From positions 32,001 to 96,000 of the IMG/VR virus record IMGVR_UViG_3300042503_000209: 64,000 bases of DNA; one strand, given 5' to 3'. This DNA is from a virus. Below the pieces are notes generated by a model. That model was not told the DNA's origin and ran no database searches. It saw only the letters and a program-made list of their open reading frames with translations. Position numbers and translations under genes: made by a program. Below, piece after piece: positions 30,704 to 39,160 of this stretch. Every line of letters starts with the position of its first letter. The first letter of the stretch is position 1.

Positions 30704-33700
30704 TTACTTAATTAAATGACCTAAACCTACTGCTTTTAATGCTGCTTTAGGGTCCCAAACATTAACGTTTGCTTGTGTTGTGTTAAACTTTTGATACTCT
30801 AAATGAACATTTCTATTGTTATTCATATTCTGAAGATACAAACTTTGAAGATATGAAACAATTTCATCTGGAGATTTAGCACTATCACCTTGTAAATTTA
30901 TAGTGTGAAAATACGATTTATCTTCCACTTTTTTAACTAATTGTCCAGTTTGTGGATCTTTTACATTAGTTGCAACTTTATACTTTAAATCTACAGTAAC
31001 GTATTGTGGAACAGCAGAACCATTATCTGACATGACATTTGGTGTAATAGTATAACTAAATCCAGCAGCATCTAATATAGGGTCAGATTTAATCTGCTTA
31101 CCTCTAGTAATAGCATCATAAACCTGGAAACCAGTATTATTTGGAAGCTGATCAAGATAAGTACCAGAAGTATTATCTTTAACTACAAAATTAACTTCAG
31201 TACCTGAACTTATACTACTTAAATCAACTCCAGCAACTTGATCTTTAGATTCAGTTGAAATTGGTTTACTAAATATATATCTAATTGTTTTTTTACCATT
31301 AATGCCTTGAGGTATATACTGACCAGTACCGTATTCTTCAATGTTCTTTTCACTAGATAATAAAGTTTGAATACCTTTTATCATACTAGGATCTAAAGGT
31401 TTACCATCTTTATCATAAACATCCTGAACATTTCCTGGTTGTACAGCTTGATAAATTATCAAAGCTGCATTATCACCATTACCCATTGTCTTATTACCTT
31501 TTGTGTTTAAAGCAAAAAGAGTACCTTGTTGACCAGTTAAGTTCTTATACATTAAAAGATCTGGTACAACAGACTCGTGAGCAGCTTTAAGATTCTTTAC
31601 AAGATCTTGAGAAGACTTATATGTGGTGTTTAAAGATCCAATAGTTTTTCCTAAATCTTCCAAACCTGCTGGAATTGAATTATTACTATAACCAATACCT
31701 GAATTATATCTTCCATACAAATGATATTCTTTACCATCTTTTTTTACAGTATATCCAGCATATGTTGTAGTATTTCCACCTCCACCAAGTGCTGCTGCAC
31801 TAGACGATAAATTTTGAAAAAATGTAGGATCGTAGTCAGTTATATTACCTGTAACATAAGCTTTAGCTAAATCATCACTTGTTAACTTAACTTTATTACC
31901 ATCATCATCTTCAAAGTCATATGAACTTTTAAACTTAGGTGCTAAATTACTAGCTGTAACTAAATCTTTTTCTCCATTACCTACGTCAACTAATAATCCT
32001 TTATATTTTGGATCATTTTGAAGTTTATCTTGTACAAGTTTTTTTCTTTGAACTTCGTTAGCGTTATAACTATCTAATTTAGTTACTGCTGTAGAATATC
32101 TCATTAAAGCTTCAAACTCAGTATTAGTTAAAGCTATATCAGAACCATCAGCAGCTATCTTACTACGTTCAGATAAATAATCTCCAGCATATGCAATAAG
32201 AGCATTTCTTAATGTACCAGGTCCAGTTATAGTAGTTATACCTGCAGTTTTAACACCTTGACTATTAAGTAAGGCTGTTTCTAATTTTTTACTAGCAGCT
32301 GCTTGTTCTTTAGTAAACTTGTGAGCATAATCAGTAGCCACCTCAGTTTGTAAAGCTGTAGCTACATGTGCTATTTCTGCAGGATCTAATCCAAGTTTTG
32401 ATGCAAAACCTAAAATACCTTTTTGATCAAAGATCAAATTATGAGCATCAAGAAAAGCTTGCTTTTGATTTTTAGAATAAATATCAAAAGCTGTTTCAGC
32501 AGTCTTAGTAATATCTATACCTGATAAACCAGAATAAATTAATGAACCACTTTCATCTACTCCAGGTACAGGTGTACCATCAGCATTAGTTCCTGTACCT
32601 GTTCCAGTACCAGTTCCTGTGCCAGTTCCTGTAGCACCTTTAGCAGCTTTTATCTTTAAGTCTTCAGTCTTATACCATTGATCAAATGCAGCATTACTTA
32701 CTGCCAAGTTATGTTCAGCTCTTCTAAGTTCAAGACTTTGTGCAGCTGTAAAAGCAGCGTTTTCTTTAATAAGTTTTTGATCAATACTAGCTCTACCTGT
32801 AGCCCAGTTGTTAACAAGACGTTGTTTAGCTAATACACTAAAATATTGTTTTGGAGCAGCTAATACAGCTTCTTCCACTTTACCTTTTTCTTTATCAAAA
32901 TATTTATACTCTTCACCAATTGAAGCTTTTCTACCCATTAATTCAGAACGTTCTTCAACAAGTTTATTAAACATTGCTTGATTATTCGGACCACCTGTCT
33001 GACCTATTGAAGATAACAAACTATCAATTCTAGCTACTTCTACATCAATCTCTTGATTTCTTTTAGTATATCCTTGATTTAATTCTGATATAATATCTTT
33101 AGCAATTAGTTTTTGTATATCAGGTTCTGTAAGGTTTGGATTATTACGTTTTAATATTTTAGCACGCTCTTCATTCTCAACAGTACCAGTTATTTCAAAC
33201 TGACCTTGAAAGTTATTACCAATCATAGCAGATGCCCAAGTAGCATATTTCTTTTGAGAACGCTGTCCATTAACAGTCTCAATTAAATATGGTCCATTAG
33301 GATCATCATACTTAACATCCATACCTTGATCTTTAGCTTGTTTTTGTAACCAAGCTTCAATATTAGTAAACGGTTCAGCTTTACGCATTTCTATAGCACC
33401 AAACGCTTCAGGTGTTAACTCAGCATTCTGAAGTTTGCTTAAACCGTTTTGAAGATACATCATACCAATGTTGTTATACTTCTCACGCTCTTCTGGTTTA
33501 GCTGAATCTTTCCATGACATATATTTCTGCATCTCATTCTGATAAGACTTAGTCATAGCAATGTCTTGAACCATAAACTTGTTCTGCCAAAAAGGAGAAA
33601 AGATTTGTTCTGCAGCATTTACATTTTCCATAAGAGAAAGATCAGATGAAGAAAGTTTTGTCAACTTTTCTTGTGCATCTTTAATATACTGATCTCTTAA

Positions 33701-33886
33701 AGGAATAAGATTCTTATTAGAAAGAGGTGCGTTAAGCACTGAGGTATACGCAGATCTAACTCTACTAGCTCCTTGTTCAAACATAGATTGCTTCCTTTGA
33801 AGCATTCTATCATAGAAGTTAAAGTCCGGTTTATATAAAGCCGGTTCAGGAATTGTCTCTGGTATATAAGGAAGGTATTGTGCCAT
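30704..33886 (-). CDS. virion cargo/ejection protein (1060 aa)
   Basis: Position directly upstream of vRNAP; helical N-terminus; GT-repeat linker. Confidence 0.6.
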   Translation of the reverse strand: MAQYLPYIPETIPEPALYKPDFNFYDRMLQRKQSMFEQGASRVRSAYTSVLNAPLSNKNLIPLRDQYIKDAQEKLTKLSSSDLSLMENVNAAEQIFSPFWQNKFMVQDIAMTKSYQNEMQKYMSWKDSAKPEEREKYNNIGMMYLQNGLSKLQNAELTPEAFGAIEMRKAEPFTNIEAWLQKQAKDQGMDVKYDDPNGPYLIETVNGQRSQKKYATWASAMIGNNFQGQFEITGTVENEERAKILKRNNPNLTEPDIQKLIAKDIISELNQGYTKRNQEIDVEVARIDSLLSSIGQTGGPNNQAMFNKLVEERSELMGRKASIGEEYKYFDKEKGKVEEAVLAAPKQYFSVLAKQRLVNNWATGRASIDQKLIKENAAFTAAQSLELRRAEHNLAVSNAAFDQWYKTEDLKIKAAKGATGTGTGTGTGTGTGTNADGTPVPGVDESGSLIYSGLSGIDITKTAETAFDIYSKNQKQAFLDAHNLIFDQKGILGFASKLGLDPAEIAHVATALQTEVATDYAHKFTKEQAAASKKLETALLNSQGVKTAGITTITGPGTLRNALIAYAGDYLSERSKIAADGSDIALTNTEFEALMRYSTAVTKLDSYNANEVQRKKLVQDKLQNDPKYKGLLVDVGNGEKDLVTASNLAPKFKSSYDFEDDDGNKVKLTSDDLAKAYVTGNITDYDPTFFQNLSSSAAALGGGGNTTTYAGYTVKKDGKEYHLYGRYNSGIGYSNNSIPAGLEDLGKTIGSLNTTYKSSQDLVKNLKAAHESVVPDLLMYKNLTGQQGTLFALNTKGNKTMGNGDNAALIIYQAVQPGNVQDVYDKDGKPLDPSMIKGIQTLLSSEKNIEEYGTGQYIPQGINGKKTIRYIFSKPISTESKDQVAGVDLSSISSGTEVNFVVKDNTSGTYLDQLPNNTGFQVYDAITRGKQIKSDPILDAAGFSYTITPNVMSDNGSAVPQYVTVDLKYKVATNVKDPQTGQLVKKVEDKSYFHTINLQGDSAKSPDEIVSYLQSLYLQNMNNNRNVHLEYQKFNTTQANVNVWDPKAALKAVGLGHLIK
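32590..32640 (-). repeat. (Gly-Thr)n low-complexity linker
   Basis: Encodes GATGTGTGTGTGTGTGT with varied codons. Confidence 0.8.
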
Positions 33887-33890
33887 AGTT

Positions 33891-33948
33891 TACATATATA
33901 ATATACAATAAAATCTTTAAAGTTTAAAACTAAACCTTTAAAGTTTAA
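33891..33948 (-). promoter_or_regulatory. putative late promoter with two upstream AAAY-N7-GTTT palindromes
   Basis: Minus-strand core GTATATTATATATGTA; architecture is colinear with 53076-53133. Confidence 0.6.
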
Positions 33949-35978
33949 TAACCATATCCATCATCATAACCAAATGGGTATGCACTTTGAGCCATAGGTG
34001 CTCTATTTAAAGCAGCATATTGAGCATTAATAGCTGCAGCATTACCTGCACCCCTATTAGATTGAAAAGCATTAGGAAATTGAGATCTTAAAAACCCATT
34101 AATAGTAGCAGCATCATGTCCTTCATTTTTTAATTCAAGAGCAAATCTTCTCATAGCTGCTAAACTTTGTTCAGATGGTGCAGCACTTTGTCCAGTAATC
34201 ATACTCATCCAGTTATTCTTATCTTTCCATTTAAGAGTTTCACCTTGTGGTCCTTCTTCTATAGAATAATACGGATTAGTTTCATTAAGCATGTTAAGCT
34301 TACTGTATCTATCACGCTCATTCATATTATACATTTCTCTAGCTTTAAGATCCATTCTCATAGTATTACGATAAGCTTTATCTTCTTGCTGAGCATTAAA
34401 TGCTAACTTGTCTCCAGCATCTGCTCTATAAGCCATCACTCTATTCATAATATCAGTTTGTAAAGGACTAAACTGATTAGCTACCCCAACATTCATGTTT
34501 TGATATCTACCCATAGTGTTAGCTGCTTGCTCAGCTCCTTGTGCATTTAATGCACTAGCTCTAGCAGAAAACTGCTGAGGATCCATTTGAGACATATAAG
34601 CCGCCATCATGTTACGATTAGATGCACCTTCAGCTAACTCTCTATTAGGATCGTAGAACGTAGGTTCTGGTATCATAGCATTAAGAGGTGCTGCATAAGG
34701 AGTGTAACGTTTAGGAGGAACCATAAACTGCATACCAAAGAACGGTCTTCTACCACCGCCTCCACCACCGCCACCGGTTGTAGTTATAGTAGTAGGATCT
34801 TCTTCATAGGTAATCTCATCCATCTTTTCCCATGCTTTTATACACTTAGTAGGATCATTAGGATCTGGTGTATAACCTTCAGGACAAGTTTTAGTCTCAG
34901 GTGTTGTAGGTGTAGTTGTAGGTTTAGTACCAGGTGTATACTTTGGCATTCTACCACGTAAAAGCTCATCTAATCCTTTTTGCTTTTCCCCATCTGAAGC
35001 ATCTTTAAAACCTTGTTTATTTAAAAAAGTACTATAACAATTAGGTCTAGCATTCATATCAGCGACTGTGTACTTAAGATTAGCACATGGTCCACTACCA
35101 CCTCTACTACTGCCACCAGTTGGAATATTATATCCTGGAGTTAATGTTCCTGGTGTACCCCCAGATATAGTACCTGGTTTACCAGGAGTTATAATAATAT
35201 CTTTAGTATCTTTACCAGATGTTGCTTTTCTCCATACATTAGTATTACCTACACGCTTATATCCTTCTTTCTCATATTTACTTATTTCTTCCTTCTTAAC
35301 TTTTTTAGGAGTAGTTCCACCACCTTGATAATAACCTTCATCACCACCATAAAAACCTCCCATCTCAGCAAGTTGTTGTCCCATACCTTCTGGTAATACA
35401 GACATAGCTACATCAGGAATACCTTGAGGAAATCCTTTCATAGACTCTTGTACTAATGCAAGTCCACCAAGTTTTTTTTCATAGTTATCAATCATTCTTT
35501 CAGCTGTACGTTTAGCCATCTTATCAGCATAAGGATCATCAAGTATAGCTCTGTACTTGTTAACATCATACTGCTTAGCTAAAGCTGCTGGGGTAAATTT
35601 CTGTTTAGTGTTTTCTGACTTACCAAACTTTGCAAGTACAGGTCCACCTATTCGTAACTTCTTTGTATCAGAATAAATAAAAGTACCTTCAGGAACATTT
35701 AAAGGTGTACCACCATTAGTATGTCTTTCACCACCAATCTTCATATGTTCTTTACGACCATCATTATTAAAGTCTCCATATGCTGTTTCACCAAGCTCAG
35801 CTTCAATATTAGCTTCAGCTCTATCAACAGGTTGAAGAGTGTTAGATACTGACTCATATGGATTTTGGTTCATATCAGTGTATACATCTCGTTGCCCAAG
35901 ATCTAGACCATAGTTTTTTTGACCACCATACGCCATAGATTCTGGAGCACTTTTAATTCTTACTTTATACTTTTTCAT
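33945..35978 (-). CDS. virion protein with xxxGG linkers (677 aa)
   Basis: N-terminal EAExGE...GxxHxxGG...FIYSD domain; MAYGG/AEMGG/YQGGG linkers; Pro/Thr-rich middle. Confidence 0.65.
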   Translation of the reverse strand: MKKYKVRIKSAPESMAYGGQKNYGLDLGQRDVYTDMNQNPYESVSNTLQPVDRAEANIEAELGETAYGDFNNDGRKEHMKIGGERHTNGGTPLNVPEGTFIYSDTKKLRIGGPVLAKFGKSENTKQKFTPAALAKQYDVNKYRAILDDPYADKMAKRTAERMIDNYEKKLGGLALVQESMKGFPQGIPDVAMSVLPEGMGQQLAEMGGFYGGDEGYYQGGGTTPKKVKKEEISKYEKEGYKRVGNTNVWRKATSGKDTKDIIITPGKPGTISGGTPGTLTPGYNIPTGGSSRGGSGPCANLKYTVADMNARPNCYSTFLNKQGFKDASDGEKQKGLDELLRGRMPKYTPGTKPTTTPTTPETKTCPEGYTPDPNDPTKCIKAWEKMDEITYEEDPTTITTTGGGGGGGGRRPFFGMQFMVPPKRYTPYAAPLNAMIPEPTFYDPNRELAEGASNRNMMAAYMSQMDPQQFSARASALNAQGAEQAANTMGRYQNMNVGVANQFSPLQTDIMNRVMAYRADAGDKLAFNAQQEDKAYRNTMRMDLKAREMYNMNERDRYSKLNMLNETNPYYSIEEGPQGETLKWKDKNNWMSMITGQSAAPSEQSLAAMRRFALELKNEGHDAATINGFLRSQFPNAFQSNRGAGNAAAINAQYAALNRAPMAQSAYPFGYDDGYGY

Positions 35979-35999
35979 ATTCTTATAGATATTACAAAT

Positions 36000-37760
36000 T
36001 TATAGAAATTCTACTTCACCACCTGAAGCTAATATACTTTTTATTTCATCCTCTGTTAGTTCATATATACCTCCAGATTCATATTGTGATATTGTACCGC
36101 CATCAGCATACAACTTCATACCACTTAATTTATTGTATGCTTGCTTACCTTCCCATCTAGCAAATTGTTTTATTAACTTATCACGTTCTTCAGGAGTAAG
36201 ATCTGCTAACACTTTATCTGTCCCCATAGCTTTTACAATATCTGGGGTAGACGCATTAGTTTTATCTGGACTACCACTAACCCATTTGTTTCTAGCTTGA
36301 GATATTGTAAGGTTAGAATAAGCCGGACCAAATAAAAGATCTTGAGCTGCTCTAATACCTGTTTGAAAATCTGGAAATTTACTTACAAAACCACCACTAT
36401 CTTTAGCACCTTGTACACCACCATACTTAGAAGTAAAATCACCATGATGTATATTCAAAGGATTATTATGACTTAAAGCAATTTCACCATCCACATTACC
36501 ACCAGATGCTCTATTAAAACTTACATGAACATGATCTGTATGTGGACTTTTGCCATTATATGGTCTCCATGAATTAGAAACAGATGGATTCCAAATCTGT
36601 TTATTCCAAATAATATATTTAATATTTTTATCTTGAGCTTCTTTAATAAGCTTTTGAGCTATTTCGTTTCCTTGATCTAAACCTGTTATACCAATATCTA
36701 AAGCATCTCCAGTATTATGATCACTTACTGATTTCTTATGGTTTGCATCACCCCATATCCCCCAATTTTGAACTCCTTGAAACTGAGAAGAAACTTCTTT
36801 CCATGTTTGTTCTGCAACCGGATTAGCACCACTAGATTTAACTGGAGCTGGAGAAGCATTTTCAGAAGTAGCGTAAGCTTCACCTGTAGCCATTGGACTC
36901 TGTAAAGGCATAGAAAAAGGAATTTGGTCAACCGGTAACATTAACTCATCAGGTATAATGCCTCCACCATACTGTGCCATTCTTGGTAAGAATTGACCAG
37001 TATACATGCCTTTATTTACAACATACTCATCAGGTCTAAACTCTCCAAATCTGCTACCACTAACTACATAGTCTCCACGGTTACCTGACATCTCACTAGG
37101 TACTTCAGGAAACAAAGAATCTGTAGATGTTTGGCGTCTTAACCTTTTATCAAATTCTTGTTTTCTTTTATAACTATTTACAAGTTCAGTACCAAAGTTT
37201 CCCCATGATGTTAATCTATTAATATCTTGAAAAGCTTTTTCTACTGGTTGACCTATATTTTTACTGTACCAACTAACTGGATTTGTGGATGTATTAGATT
37301 GAGTATTAGCTGCTGCAGCTTGTGGTGCTTGATAAAACGGTGAAGCAGGATCTGTATCAAACTCCTCATCATCCCATTCAGAATGCCAAAATCTTTTAGG
37401 AGTTGTAGATGTTGTATTTGCAGCTGGAGCAGCAGTAGTATTAGTAGGTTGTACAGTAGGAGTAACTATAGAAGAACTACCACTAGGTTGTACAGGTGCT
37501 TGACCAAACGGTTTAAAAGTTAAACTAGGAAACTTAGGACCAGCGGCTTTAAGAGCATCTATCTTATTACCATTTTGCAAACCGAGTTTTTGTCTACCAG
37601 AATTTAAAAATAATGAAGACTGACTCATAAGTTGAGCATATCTAGGATCATTAGGAGATATTAATTCACCATTATAACTTAAAGTAGTAGGGACATTACT
37701 TTTCTGTTGTCCAGCAAGTTGAGCTTTAGGTAAACCTTTTCCTGTAATACGTATTTTCAT
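36000..37760 (-). CDS. modular virion protein: M15-type (Hedgehog/DD-peptidase fold) peptidase plus lysozyme-like NNPLNI domain
   Basis: SDHNTGDALD...HTDHVHVSF; HNNPLNI...F.....G..A...L...Y..LTI.....KW...ARWEG. Confidence 0.7.
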   Translation of the reverse strand: MKIRITGKGLPKAQLAGQQKSNVPTTLSYNGELISPNDPRYAQLMSQSSLFLNSGRQKLGLQNGNKIDALKAAGPKFPSLTFKPFGQAPVQPSGSSSIVTPTVQPTNTTAAPAANTTSTTPKRFWHSEWDDEEFDTDPASPFYQAPQAAAANTQSNTSTNPVSWYSKNIGQPVEKAFQDINRLTSWGNFGTELVNSYKRKQEFDKRLRRQTSTDSLFPEVPSEMSGNRGDYVVSGSRFGEFRPDEYVVNKGMYTGQFLPRMAQYGGGIIPDELMLPVDQIPFSMPLQSPMATGEAYATSENASPAPVKSSGANPVAEQTWKEVSSQFQGVQNWGIWGDANHKKSVSDHNTGDALDIGITGLDQGNEIAQKLIKEAQDKNIKYIIWNKQIWNPSVSNSWRPYNGKSPHTDHVHVSFNRASGGNVDGEIALSHNNPLNIHHGDFTSKYGGVQGAKDSGGFVSKFPDFQTGIRAAQDLLFGPAYSNLTISQARNKWVSGSPDKTNASTPDIVKAMGTDKVLADLTPEERDKLIKQFARWEGKQAYNKLSGMKLYADGGTISQYESGGIYELTEDEIKSILASGGEVEFL

Positions 37761-39151
37761 TAGTCAATAATTTCAAAGTTATAACCACCTTGTTTTAACA
37801 TTTGTAGTTCTTCTGGAGTGACATCTAATATATCACCTTCTACTGGACCACCCATTTGCTTAGCAAAGTTCCTAGCAAAGTTAGCTTTTTTCCTCATAGC
37901 AGGACTATATCTTCCTTCTGGTGCGTTAAGTATTGCTGATGCAGCTTCTTGTACTCCCATACCCATACGAGTAGCCTGTGCTTTAAATGTGCCAGCTTTA
38001 GCAGGATCTAATTGTATACCACCGTATGCCATATTAGATAATATCTGTTGTTGTACAAATTCAGGTAGAGCTCTAAAACCTGCATTGTTAGTACCACCTT
38101 TCTCATAAAAAGCATTACCACTAAATGTAGTACCACCTTCTTTCCATGTAGCTCTAGCAAATGCTCTAAAGAAAGGATTATTAGCTAAGTTCTTTTTATG
38201 ACGAGCATAGAAAGCTTTCTTTCTTTCTGGATCTTTAGGATGCTGACCTAACTTAGAATCACCAAAATATTTAACAACTCCACCAGGTCCTGTCACTTTA
38301 TGTGTCTTACCCTTACGATCATTACTTCTAGTTACAGTGTATCCACCTCTTGCCATCATTTCTTTTTCATCTTCTTGCTCATACTCTTCATCTTCCATTT
38401 CTTCACCTTGAGCTTCAGGATTATACATCATATAATCTGAAATACTATTTACACTATCATCAATCACAGCAAGCTTAGAAGCAATCCATGGATCTAAGTT
38501 TTGTTCTGGAGAAACAAACTGACGTAGTTTATTCATCTTATCAGCAACAGCAGACATTTGACCTAGTGCCATACCACCGTTTGGTTCACCACCTTCAGCA
38601 AACACTCCTGTCATATAACCACCATATCTCATAGCAGCTTGCTGCATGTCTGGTTGTTGCATACCAGGTTGTTGTGAACCAGCTCCTTGTTGTTGTACAG
38701 CTTGAACCATTTGTTCAAAAGCTCTTTGCTGATCTTCTGGAGACATCTGCTGTAATTGCTGTAAAATCTTTTCAGGTTCTACTTGGTTCATTTGAGCAAA
38801 CTGCTGAATAACCATCATAATCTGATCTTGTTGTCCACCCTGCTGCATATATTGGTTTCCACCATACATCATTTCTGGAGCATATCCACCATAGGCATAA
38901 CCGTAATTATCCATTTGATCTAGATTACCAGCTGCTGCAAAACGTGCACGAGCTATTTCAGGTGGCATTTTTTCTCCACCACCTCCCATTACTTCCATAC
39001 CGTATTCAGCTTTACGCCAAGTGCCGCCTTTAGATTTATACCACTTAGCAGCCCATCCGTTAGCATAAGCACTAGGGTAGACATCAAATTTTTGTTTAGC
39101 CATAGACTTAGCTCTAGACCACAAGGCAGGATTATTAGGTTTGTTTGCCAT
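37760..39151 (-). CDS. multi-module protein with 12 xxxGG linkers (463 aa)
   Basis: Short basic, acidic and Gln-rich modules each bounded by a GG motif. Confidence 0.7.
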   Translation of the reverse strand: MANKPNNPALWSRAKSMAKQKFDVYPSAYANGWAAKWYKSKGGTWRKAEYGMEVMGGGGEKMPPEIARARFAAAGNLDQMDNYGYAYGGYAPEMMYGGNQYMQQGGQQDQIMMVIQQFAQMNQVEPEKILQQLQQMSPEDQQRAFEQMVQAVQQQGAGSQQPGMQQPDMQQAAMRYGGYMTGVFAEGGEPNGGMALGQMSAVADKMNKLRQFVSPEQNLDPWIASKLAVIDDSVNSISDYMMYNPEAQGEEMEDEEYEQEDEKEMMARGGYTVTRSNDRKGKTHKVTGPGGVVKYFGDSKLGQHPKDPERKKAFYARHKKNLANNPFFRAFARATWKEGGTTFSGNAFYEKGGTNNAGFRALPEFVQQQILSNMAYGGIQLDPAKAGTFKAQATRMGMGVQEAASAILNAPEGRYSPAMRKKANFARNFAKQMGGPVEGDILDVTPEELQMLKQGGYNFEIID

Positions 39152-39160
39152 AATATATAA

